Below are positions 26,600 through 37,949 of a stretch of DNA of 64,000 nucleotides, piece by piece (position 1 is the stretch's first letter; each line of letters opens with the position of its first letter). The notes below the pieces were generated by a model. It did not search any database. It saw only the letters and a program-made list of their open reading frames with translations, and had not been told where the DNA came from. The stretch is taken from contig NC_043004.1 in assembly GCF_006345805.1 (NCBI RefSeq), positions 3,596,001 through 3,660,000 of the forward strand, read 5' to 3'. Position numbers and translations under genes: made by a program. The stretch is from Octopus sinensis (lineage: Eukaryota).

Positions 26600-27632
26600 T
26601 TTCTTGGAGGGCTGGCCGTGATCTAGTAATCTCAAGATTAATCAGCCGAAATTACTACGATGATCCGGTTCTTGACTGAAGACTGAGGGTTTCGAATGTC
26701 CTGTCCGTGTTTATTGTGTCGTCTTCTAAGAGTTATACGTTCTTGTCCATGTTGTATTTTTCTACATACCTTAACATATATTCCAGGCGCCACGTACCCT
26801 CTTAACATTAATGTGAGCACATATTCTTAATAACTGGTACGACTCTTTGTTTGTCTTTCTCTCTCTCTTACTTTTACTTGATTTGTCCCCTTCTCTCTCT
26901 ACTCATCCTCTTTTTCTCTTCTCTTTCCTCTGATTCTTTGGTCTAATCTTCCACTACCCTCTATTTCTTTGTCTCGCTCTGCACTCACAGGTCGCTCTTC
27001 GACACCCATCCCTTCTCCTCTCTGATTCCTTCTTTCTCTCTCTTCTCGCTCTTTGTCGCGTTTGTCCCTCCTCTCTCTCTCTCCTCTCTCTCTCTCTCTT
27101 CCGTTGCTTCTCTTTCTTTTTTTCTCTCTTCTCTGTCACGTGACTGCTGGCCGAAATCTGCCTTTCAGCTTCTGACCAGCGTCGTGTTAACATCGTTGTT
27201 TTTCGTCCGCCGCTATAGGCATCGCCGATAAGGCTCCTTTCCTTGCGCCAGAGAAAAAATTTGTTTGCTTGTTATCAGTCGTAAGACACTTGTTGTTGTT
27301 TTCACCGTTAATGCTTCTGTATTTCATGTTTCTGTATTCCATTATTTTTTTGTTTTTTTATATTCTTCCCTTTTGCTGTCCTGGTGTCCGTATGCATTCG
27401 ATCCTTCTTCCAGGAAATCTACGCTCCCAGCTTAGTTTTTTCTAATGCTCGTTGCTTAGTTTTTCTTGGAGGGCTGGCCGTGATCTAGTAATCTCAAGAT
27501 TAATCAGCCGAAATTACTACGATGATCCGGTTCTTGACTGAAGACTGAGGGTTTCGAATGTCCTGTCCGTGTTTATTGTGTCGTCCTCTAAGAGTTATAC
27601 GTTCTTGTCCATGTTGTATTTTTCTACATACC

Positions 27633-27636
<4 letters not shown>
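26600..27636. mobile_element. Putative non-autonomous retroelement with 175-bp terminal direct repeats
   Basis: 26600-26774 and 27462-27636 are identical at 174/175; 687-bp non-coding interior; no TG...CA ends and no TSD seen. Confidence 0.6.
27135..27144. promoter_or_regulatory. Perfect GTCACGTGAC palindrome (USF/TFE-type E-box) at the edge of a CpG-rich patch
   Basis: Sequence match only; function not demonstrated. Confidence 0.25.
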
Positions 27637-27673
<37 letters not shown>

Positions 27674-27704
27674 ACATACATACATACACACACACACACA
27701 CATA

Positions 27705-28255
27705 CACACTCGAATTTTTCACAACAGACCTGATATAATGATTTGGGATAGAGAAGAGAAACTGTGTACAGTTGTGGAAATTAGCTGCCCAGCGGATGTT
27801 AACATAAAGCTGAAGATCAGTGAAAAAGAGAACACCTACGCTGAACTATTGAGAAATCTACATTTACTCTATCCAGATTACAAGTTCAGATTTATACCTG
27901 AAATTATTTGGGCTTTCGGATATGTAACACATTGCCCAAATACCAATCTTGAGAAATTAGGCTTCTCAAAACCAGAAAGAGGAAAGCTAATTCAAAGACT
28001 ACAGATGCAATCCATCACTGGAACTGTAAAAATCTGTAAATCTTTCAGAAGTTTATCATTTCAATATATATGAGCTTGTCTAGATATGCAACTATATGCA
28101 TGAGAATACATACATAAATCATACAAATCTGCACATACATACATACATACAAACAAAAATACCCTGTTGTTGACGTTGAAATTCCAAAGAAGGAGCCTTG
28201 GATCTAAGCTAGAAACCGGTTCTTTCTCTATTGGCAAGAAGTCTTGAAATAAACT
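27705..28255 (+). mobile_element. R4/Dong-like (RLE) non-LTR 3' fragment
   Basis: HNRPDIMIWDREEKLCTVVEISCPADVNIKLKISEKENTYAEL; 3' UTR followed by (TACA)n. Confidence 0.85.
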
Positions 28256-28266
28256 GCGCACGTACA

Positions 28267-28298
<32 letters not shown>

Positions 28299-30557
28299 CA
28301 CATACATGCATGCATACATACATATACACATACATGCATACATACACACATACATACATGCATACATACACACATTCATACATGCATGCATACATACATG
28401 CATACATATATGCATATACATACATACATACACACGTGCAAACACACACACATACATGCATACATACATACACACGTGCAAACACACACACATACATGCA
28501 TACATACACACACACATACATACATAGATACATCTATGCGATGCTCAGAGTTTTAAAAAAAATTTCTATTAACAAAAACAACTAAAGTCCTTTTGTTTCA
28601 GTTTTGACACAAACTTCACATTATTCACTGAATGTTATCAGAAAGCAAAAAGAAATATACTGGGTTTTTTTTTTGTTTTGAACTCATCATATAAATTAGA
28701 GACCCTACAATAATTATTGCTGTTTATTTAGCCATGTCCTAATGGAGATAAACAGACTCGACCGACCGACGTTACGTGATCAGAAGGTATCAATTAACAC
28801 TCACACACGAATATCGTGACAAGCAGATCGATATCGATATTTATAGATAGTAGAAGTAAAAACATTATGCACAACAATATATTTTTGGTAAAGCAAATGG
28901 GAATTTGTAACATCCATGCCTTTCTTATGAGTTGTGTGAATGAGGTAAAATCGTTTGGGACTGTAAGTCGAGAATCTTTGTATTTTGTTGCCCTTTGCCC
29001 TGTAGTGCTCTGGACATTATGAATCTCTTTCCCCCTTTCACAGATCTCCATACTTTGACCAGTACTTTGTGGTCACCTGCTTACTATGGAATTCAATAAA
29101 TGAGACACAAATTTATAGCTCGGACAGTAACAGCAGTCTATTACAGGTAATTTTTCTCATGAGAATTTGAACTCAACACTGCTCTGAACCAACGAATGTC
29201 TCGTCAATGTTGCCGCGAAAATTCTGTTTTAGCGCTGAAATATATCACCTTTACCGTCGAGGGTTAAGTGTCATGGCTTAGGTGACAATAAAATTGCAGA
29301 CGACAGGATACAAACCATTGACCCCCCCCCTTCTCAGCTGGTTATCTATCTTATACTCCATTAATTCAACTATCCTATATCTCAGTTTTATTAGTGGAAA
29401 TATGAAATATTCTTCTCGTGTGTCGTGATAAATAGTTATCACTGTTCCTTCTCATAGTCTTTCTCCTTTGGCTTCAATTTCTTCTCCATTTCTTCCTATT
29501 CAATTCGATATTTATTGATGCCATCTGTAGTGTTAACTCTCCATTCATTCATTTATATATATTTGTTTGCTGGTTTTGTTCTTGTCCTTTCCTCTACGTT
29601 GTCTTTATCTGAATGTGTCTGTACGTCTCCGTGTCTTCTGCTCCCCTGCTTTTCATTTGCCACCTGAAAACGTTGGGGTTAAAGAGACAGTAATGAATAT
29701 AGTCAAATATGGACGTTTGGTAATCGCTCGGACAATTGTTTCTTTTTTATATATTATTATATTTTTGTATATTATGGCTAGTGCCAAGCTAGAATTGCTT
29801 CGTACAAATGTCAGGCCAAGCTGATCGCTCAGAAATCGACAGTTTTTCACGCCCCAACAACTTGCGTATCAATTAAGAGGTTAACAGGTTTTTATCAGAT
29901 GGATAAATAATGGCCAAGTTGAGATGATTATATTTTGGACAGTTGGACAGAATTGCTAGACGGTCAGCCATCTCATACACACATGCAGATATTAATGACG
30001 GTAAGAATAACAATAATAAATGCAATGGCCATCACTGAGATGGACAAGGGTCAAGCTGGATTTATTTGTTACAAGGAATGAATTGGCTGCCGCTTTACAA
30101 AGAAGTGAGAGAAATTGGTGAGGGAAGAACTGTGGGAAATGCCATAAAAATGATGACTGTTTAGGATTGGTAAATTATATTGTATCATTTTATTATGTGT
30201 TGGGTCTTTTATCTCTCCCCTTCCTTTTTTCTCTCTCTCCCTCCCTCTAACACACGCGCACGCACACACATGCATACACACACACACACACACTGTGAAC
30301 GCTACATTTTGAAATGACAAAGAATCAATAAGGTTTTAAGGCGACTCACTTCACAAGAATAAGGTTTGTTCTGGTCAAGTCCCTGTCACTTTTCTTTATT
30401 CTCTTTGTCTTTCTCCTTCCCTCCCTCCCTCCGCCTCACAACATTTTCCTTCTCATTATCTTTTTCTTTCTTTTATTCTTTCACACTTCTCGCCTTGTTC
30501 GCGATTTTCTTTCTTTATTATGGAAGTCTTTCTGTTTACATACACGCGCGCACCAAG

Positions 30558-30596
<39 letters not shown>

Positions 30597-30691
30597 AATA
30601 CACATACAAACACACACACACAACCACACTCACACGGCTCTACCACATTATGTGTTTATCTTTCACAAAACCTCTCTCACAAAATATTCTT

Positions 30692-30942
30692 TTGGGTTGG
30701 TGCATAATTATTGCGGCTCTTTTTCAACAAATTTTATTCAACGAAAACAATAACAACGCGTAACAAAAACATATTTAAATGATTATTCCGGGGCATATTC
30801 ATCATCTACTTCAATTACTGCTTCCCATTTGCTTGGCAGACGGTCAGACCGTCATTTAAAGATGTTTTTGTTAAATCTTGTTATTGTTTTTGCTGTACTA
30901 AATTTGTTAAAGGAAAGCCGCAATAATTATGCACCAACCCAA
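30692..30942 (-). mobile_element. mariner-derived MITE
   Basis: Perfect 27-bp TIRs ttgggttggtgcataattattgcggct; interior retains the transposase C-terminus RLPSKWEAVIEVDDEY; TA on the right flank. Confidence 0.9.
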
Positions 30943-31044
30943 TATTTAACTAATCCTCCTCGGATTTCTTATGACCTTTCTCAACACTCGCACTCACACT
31001 TCTCAGATTTACCTCATTTCTTTCTCACACTCTCTATATCCGTG

Positions 31045-31275
31045 CTTCTCAACTGGGATCCACATGAACCTTTGGGGTCCAGATAAGGATTTCCTTAAAA
31101 TTTATGTGAAATAAAACGGTTAAACTTCTACAATTCACAAAATATTTTAACAATTTTTTTTATACAATTCCTAATAATATTTAATTGCAAAAACACAAAA
31201 GGGGGTTCTTAAACATCGAAAGATTTTGAGGGTCCACCCGAGTAAAATATGAACCTAAAGAGTCCATAAGTAACA
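31045..31275 (+). mobile_element. hAT-Charlie-like non-autonomous element, truncated
   Basis: gtgcttctcaactggg start; interior (aaacattttaacaattttt...attcctaata) shared with 58817-58950. Confidence 0.5.
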
Positions 31276-32053
31276 AATGCCCTATACCATTCTTTCCTCT
31301 CACCATCCCTTACATTGTATATCATACCTACCTCTTCACTATCACTCACAATCCTTCCTACTCTCTCTCCTTCTCTTTCCCCGACTCTCCCTCTCTCTCT
31401 CCCACCCTCACACTTCTACTAACCCTAACCCTCGCCCATTCACCTTCTTCACCCCCATCAATCTATTTTCTGTCAATATATCGTATTTCTTTTCTATCGA
31501 TTCTCTCTTTGACAACAATAAAACTCCCATAATTCATCACATTAACATCAGACATCCGACCAATTAACTTCATCGCTTATAACAGCAGCAGCGGCAGCAG
31601 CACTCGACCGAAGCTGGATGAAAACTGGAGGTAAAATGAGGAGCGAATCGGGTGGGAGGGGTAGAGGTTTACTATAATGGTAGTAATGTTAGAGGCGGCG
31701 GTGGTGGTGGTAATGGAGGTGATGATGGCGGTGGTGGTGGTAGTTGTGGTGGTGGAGGCGTTAGTGGTAGTGGTAGTGGTAGCGGTGGTGGTGGTGATGG
31801 TATTGGAGGTGATGATGATGGTGTAGGCGATGGTGGTTGGTCTAAAACTTAGATAAACATTAATCCAGCAGACTGCCCTGTGGTCAAAAGCGTTCCACCA
31901 TGCCAATCCCTCTTTATTTGCAGGTATTTTGTATTCAGTGTGTCATATCTTTTTAAAACGGGATATGATTTGAGAAACATTTGGCTGGTGTTTCTTGCAG
32001 GTCGAGAGCAATACATCACTGGATACTTGTGTGTGTGTGTTGTGTGTGCGCGC

Positions 32054-32094
<41 letters not shown>

Positions 32095-32394
32095 TGTGTG
32101 TGCTGTTTCGTTATTTTATACATACTTTCTCCAAAACTAGTTCCAGAGAAATGAGAAAGTTGGACCACGAGATAGTAACGAAGAAAGGGTGAAAGGATGG
32201 GAAAATGTGAAAGAAAAAAGAAGGGGGAAAGGAAAAGAAGCGAGAAAGGGAGGGGGAAGGAGGGTAGGAGGAAAGAGAGGAAGAAAGAAGAGTTGGCAGA
32301 GAAAGAAAAGGAGAGAGTTTCAGAAAAGTATACGGGAAACAAAAGAGAGGAGAGAGGAAAGTTGCTAAGTATGATAGAACACCAAACAAAATAT

Positions 32395-32725
32395 TCAGCA
32401 GTGGTATATAAGTCTATTCATGATCTGAGTTCAAATCCTGCCGTGGTCAACTTTACCTTTTATCCCTCTGGGTACATAAAATAAAGCACCAGTCTAGTAC
32501 TAGGGTCGATGTAATCGTTTTGCTTTCTTCCCTCAAAATTGCTAGCCTTGTGACAAAAATTAGAGACCATTATTATCATTATTATTATTATATTATTATT
32601 ATTATTATTATTATTAATACACTCAACAGGTTAGACTATTTATTTTAAGTACCAGTGAAACACTGGGAGCTGATGTAATCGGCTCATCCCCTCCCCCAAA
32701 ATGGCTGCCCTTGTGGAAAAATTTG
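32395..32725 (+). mobile_element. Two family B SINE copies separated by (ATT)n
   Basis: gagttcaaatcctgcc...ctttaccttttatcc; second copy 5'-truncated. Confidence 0.7.
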
Positions 32726-32729
32726 AAAC

Positions 32730-33745
32730 TATTATTATACAGTAGTCTAATTTTTATCATGTGCTTTCACTGCACTACCGAGTGCAGCTCTGTGTGCCTT
32801 GTGTATGTGCTGTGGTTTCTTGTGGTGCTCTTATTTTCACCTATTGAAAGTGTTTTACGTAGGATGTGTGCGGTGCCTAGTAGTGCTATTTTTATATATG
32901 TTAATCCTGGTGTTTTTGTTATGTATTTGTCTGAATATTTTTTTATTATACCTAATGCGCCTACTATTAAAGGAATTGCTTGTTTTTAGATTCCACATTC
33001 GAGTACCCTCTATTTCCAGGTCTTTGTATTTTGAAAGTTTCGCCATTTCTTTTAGAGAAACATTGACATCTTTTGGTATTGATACATTGATGAGAAGGCA
33101 TCTTTTTTCTTGGGGATCTCTAACAACTATATCTGGCCTGTTGGCCTTAATTTCTCTATCTGTGTGTATTGGCATATCCCATAGTATGGTTGCTTTCTCA
33201 TTTTCTGTGACCTTTTCTGGCGTGTGCCTGGACCATTTTTTTTCTGTTGTTTTTCCAGTGTGTTGGCATAGCTTCCAGTGTACATAGGTCCCAACTCTGT
33301 CGTGCCTGTGAATATATTCCTTCTTAGCCAGGACTGGGCAGTCAGCGATAATATGATTTATTGTGTCTTTTCCATCTCCACATATTCTGCAGTTACTTGT
33401 GTTTCTTTTCATTACATGTTTTGGGCAGCCATTTTGGGGGAGGGGATGAGCCGATTACATCAGCCCCCAGTGTTTCACTGGTACTTAAAATAAATAGTCT
33501 AACCTGTTGGGCAATTTCTGGTAGGAAGGCTGCAATTAAAAATCCTTCAGTTTCTGCTTTGAGTCCTGAACTTTTCAGCCATTATTAGGATTTTGCTTTA
33601 TTTATTTTGCGTTTATTTTAACCCAGTACTTTCAAAGTAGGGGCTTTTCTTGGCATCGTTTTATCATGATCCGTTGCTGTTCCAGTTTTAGTTTGGATTT
33701 CAGTTGTTTTACAGCTTTTGTTATTTTTTCTTTTTTTTCTTCATA
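32730..33745 (-). mobile_element. R4/Dong-like non-LTR 3' portion (CCHC finger plus RLE)
   Basis: WLKSSGLKAETEGFLIAA; ORF 32855-33412 CRICGDGKDTINHIIADC...RHDRVG...RPDIVVRD...KLSKYKDLEIE. Confidence 0.9.
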
Positions 33746-33834
33746 GTTGTCAGGTACTACGACTTATTATTATTATTTTTATTATTATTATTATTTTTAT
33801 TTTTATTATTATTATATTATTTTTTTATTGCGGG

Positions 33835-35300
33835 CTTTTACTACACAACCGAGCGAATCTCTGTGTCTCTTCGGTATTTACGGTGCTTTGTTTAGGTTTT
33901 TACTATTTTTACTATTATAAAAGTGTCATATGTAGCGTGTTTGTATTGCCAAGCAGTGTTATTTTCTGATTAAATCCTTGAACTCTAGTTATGTATTGAT
34001 CTGCATATTTTTCTCCAAAGCACATATAATTATAGAGATTGCTTCTGTTTTCAGGTCCTAACAATCGGGGTATATCTCTTTCCAGATCTTTATATTTGGA
34101 TAACTTCTCCATCCCTTTCAAAGATACATGACCATCGGTTGGAACAGATATGCCGATTAGGAGGCATATCTTTTCCTGATGGGCATTGGCAACAATATCT
34201 GGTCGGTTAGCCTTGATCTCCTCTCTCTCTGTGTATTGGCATATCCCACAATATGATTGCTTCGCTATTATCAGCAATGTTTTCTGGTATACGTCTGTTG
34301 GCTAAGATTGATCAGCCAGAGATAATATAGCTGCTTCTTCTCCCATCTCTACACACTCTACAATTACTTTATTCTACTTCATAATAAGTTTTGGTGGTTT
34401 CTCTTGGGGTGGGGAAGGTTTCGATCTTGGGTCACAAAGAAAAACCCTTCAGTCTCTACGCTTTTCAGCCACTATTGAGATTTTTTTCTTTAAAAGATAA
34501 TTAAGGCGTCAGAAGCAGTATTAACACCAAAAGATAAAACTTACAACCACTGAAGTGGTGATAACTTTTACCTTTTGGTATTAATACAGCTTCTGCCACT
34601 GGCTTTTAGCGATACCTGGTTGGACGGTTACTGCAATTTCCAGCAATCAGGCATCTACTGCTGACAAGGCCAAAGAAGGCCGAAATGACGTGATTTGTTA
34701 GTTCTGGCAGCGGGGAGGGCAGTGATAGTCTCTCGCTAGCGATGTAAACTAGAAGTGCTTATAAGCACCACAAAACCATATGAGAGATTCTCTCAAGGTA
34801 AATATCTTAAGTAGTGATAAATTTTACTATTACATTTTCCTTTGTTTCAACTATTCAGTATTTTCCAGTATTGGCCATGTAGGGGCTTTTCTTGCCATCG
34901 GTTAACCAAAACATGCTATAGCCCTAATTTTGGTTTAGAATTTAACTAATTCACGATCTCTGTTCATCATTTTTCTTTACAATTATCTGTGACTGTAGCT
35001 TCTGTTTCGTATCTGTTGACTTCATTGAAGACAGAAAGTTGTTTGGGTTTTTTATGCTTTGCTTATGTATCTTAGCTATTTGTAAAAAAAAGAAAACGTC
35101 TGTGATTCCGTGCAAGATATTTCTGAAGTCCTACAGTGAATATTTTGTTAGAATCTTCTAGTTATATAAAACTTCTACTACCTTTGAATTCGAGGTAGGT
35201 GTAGTTTTTCAGTGTCAGATATCGGGTATTCTAAATGCAATCATTATTTTCTTTGCTCTCTCGTCTAATCTTGCTAGTTCGTTTAGAGTCCATTTGAAAG
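33835..35300 (-). mobile_element. Older, degraded copy related to the adjacent R4/Dong-like element
   Basis: ORF 33915-34277 EIKANRPDIV...KLSKYKDLE; WTLNELARLD-like peptide near 35290; interrupted by an insert at about 34480-34860. Confidence 0.75.
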
Positions 35301-35304
35301 AATT

Positions 35305-35425
35305 AGCCTCAAATTTTGGCACAAAGCCAGCAAATTTGAGGGAGGGTGATAGTCGATTATATCGACCCAAGTGCATAACTGGTACTTATTTAGTCGACTC
35401 CGAAAGGATGACAGCCAAAGTCGAA
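35305..35425 (-). mobile_element. SINE family B, 3' fragment
   Basis: gtcgattatatcgacccaagtgcataactggtactt...cgaaaggatga. Confidence 0.75.
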
Positions 35426-35505
35426 ATGAAACAAAGTATTCAGCCTTATGAGAGAGATTTCATCTCATAATTCGTTTAATGTCAATCATATAGTTCGCGC
35501 CGAAA

Positions 35506-35545
<40 letters not shown>

Positions 35546-35589
35546 TGTATGTAATGTATATCTGTATGTATAGTATGTATGTATGTATG

Positions 35590-35627
<38 letters not shown>

Positions 35628-35628
35628 G

Positions 35629-35688
<60 letters not shown>

Positions 35689-35727
35689 GTATGGGATAAT
35701 ACTATATCGGTTATAGATAACAGCACC

Positions 35728-36083
35728 CCCACACGACGAGGGTTCCGGTTGATCCGATCAACGGAACAGCCTGCTCGTGAAATTAACGCGTAAGTGGCTG
35801 AGCACTTCACAGACACGTGTACCCTTAACGTAGTTCTCGGGGATATTCAGCGTGACACAGAGAGTGACAGGCCGGCCCTTTGAAATACACGTACGACAGA
35901 AACAGGAAGTAAGAGTGAGAGAAAGTTGTGGTGAAAGAGTACAGCAGGGATCACCACCATCCCTGCCGGAGCCTTGTGGAGCTTTAGGTGTTTTCGCTCA
36001 ATAAACACTCACAACGCCCGGTCTGGGAATCGAAACCGCGATCCTACGACTGCGAGTCCGCTGCCCTAACCACTGGGCCATTA
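35728..36083 (-). mobile_element. SINE family C, near full length
   Basis: tRNA-like head (atggcccagtggttagggcagcggactc...ggtttcgattcccagacc) and the shared 3' tail. Confidence 0.85.
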
Positions 36084-36237
36084 TATATATAAGTTACGGG
36101 GACATAAACGCATCGGTTGTCAAGCGATGTGGGGGGGATGTACAAACACGAACACACAAACATATACATACATGTGAATCGTTGCCGATTTTGTTTTTCT
36201 CCGTCTTCCTTTTCTCTTGGACTTTTCTCTGTCTCCT

Positions 36238-36272
36238 GTTTCTGAAGAAGAGCTTTGCTCGAAACATTAAAC
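36238..36272 (+). ncRNA. Minimal type I hammerhead ribozyme fold (Penelope-type)
   Basis: GUUU-CUGAAGA-A-GAGC-UUU-GCUC-GAAAC-AUU-AAAC; helix I GUUU/AAAC; helix III carries a C-A mismatch. Confidence 0.6.
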
Positions 36273-36390
36273 CACCTTTCTTTCTTTCACTGAGCGTCTG
36301 CTAATACGATACATGTACCACATCCCTGTTGTTCATGTGTTGTTTCGTCTTTTTTTATTTAATATATATATCTATATATATATTTATATA

Positions 36391-36446
<56 letters not shown>

Positions 36447-36448
36447 TA

Positions 36449-36823
36449 TATTCTTTTATTCTTTCACTTGTTTCAGTCATTTGATCGCCTATTGTCGAAC
36501 AAATCGACCCCAGGACTTATTCTTTGCAAGTCTAGTACTTTTTCTATCGGTCGGTTTTGCCGAACCGCTAAGTTACGGGGCCGTGAATACACCAGCATCT
36601 GTTGTCACGCGATGGTGGGGGCACAAACACAGACACACAAACATACACACACACGTATACACGACGGGCTTCTTTCAGTTTCCGTCTACCAAATCCACTC
36701 ACAAGGCTTTGGCTGGCCCGAAGCTATAGTAGAAGACACTTGCCCAAGGTGCACGCAGTGAGACTAAACCGGAACCATGTGGTTGGTAAGCAAGCTGCTT
36801 ACCACACAGCCACTCCTGCGCCT
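36449..36823 (-). mobile_element. SINE family A, full length
   Basis: Head ends cactcctgcgcc; tail ttcttttattctttc. Confidence 0.9.
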
Positions 36824-36884
36824 GTATATATATATATATATTATATACTATATATCTATATATATATATATATATATATATATC

Positions 36885-37155
36885 GCATTATGACCTCGTG
36901 CGAGGTCATATAGTTCGCGAACGGAGCGGAGTGAACAATGTGATTGTAGAATACCAAAACCACAAGTTCCACTGGACGGGACATGTCGTGAAACTACAGA
37001 TACCAGCTGGACCCAGAAAGGCCACTTGGAAGGCCTCCACGACGATGGGAAAACGATTTAATTGGATGGTTTGTATTAAGATGGAAAACACAATCAGGAA
37101 ATAATTTGAAGCGCATTGTGACTAGCGATTTACAACAGCGTCTGATTATTAGGTC
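36885..37155 (+). mobile_element. RTE-clade LINE 3' fragment, degraded
   Basis: VRERSGVNNVIVEY...KFHWTGHVV and RPLGRPPRRWE match the RTE C-terminal WAGH...GRPP.RW motifs. Confidence 0.75.
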
Positions 37156-37918
37156 GATACTGTGGTATTATACTGTATTATATTATATAACATATATACA
37201 AACATGTATATATGTGTGTGTGTGTTTGTGTGTGTGTATATACATATATATACATATACACACACAAATATATCGTATATATATATTTGTGTGTGTGTGT
37301 GTGTTGTATCTGATGCTTGATCAAGTGAAGTTTCGCACTGAGAACAGCCGGCCCTTTCCAGCGCTTCTGTGTCAGGATGTGAGATCTTCGACTGTTGTTT
37401 AACACTTTTCGCAAAATCTTCCGAGAATTCTGATGCGTCCTCTCTAACAAGTGTAGCAGAGATGGCACAAGTAACATAGTTTGGTTAACAGTTTCAAGTC
37501 CGTATCCGACTAGACAAGTTTCAGGGGGATCCCAAGCGCAATTGGAGCTTGCTCTTACACACACACACACACATACACACACACAGCCGCGGTCCTAGGA
37601 ATTTTTCGAAGGGAGGGCACAAGGTCAGAAGGGGCGTAATAACATTATTTAGAAGGGCGCACATCTTTTCTTGGGAGGGGGCACGTAACCCTCAGGGTCA
37701 ACCCCACTTTGGGTCCGCATCTGACACATGTATGTGCCCACACACACACACACTTGAATGTATATATGTATGTACTTATGTATGTATAAACGTTGTAGCT
37801 GCACGTGTTAGAACTATTTCAAAAGAAATTTCGCTCTGCTCCAGACACTGGACACATCTTGTTCGTTGGGCGAGTCAGCATGCATATATGTATGTGTATG
37901 AACCAGAGTCAATGTGCA

Positions 37919-37949
<31 letters not shown>

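Noticed and set aside
26676-26705. CUGAAGA...GAAUGUC in the 175-bp repeat as a hammerhead
   Set aside because: No helix II or helix I pairing, and GAAU instead of GAAA.
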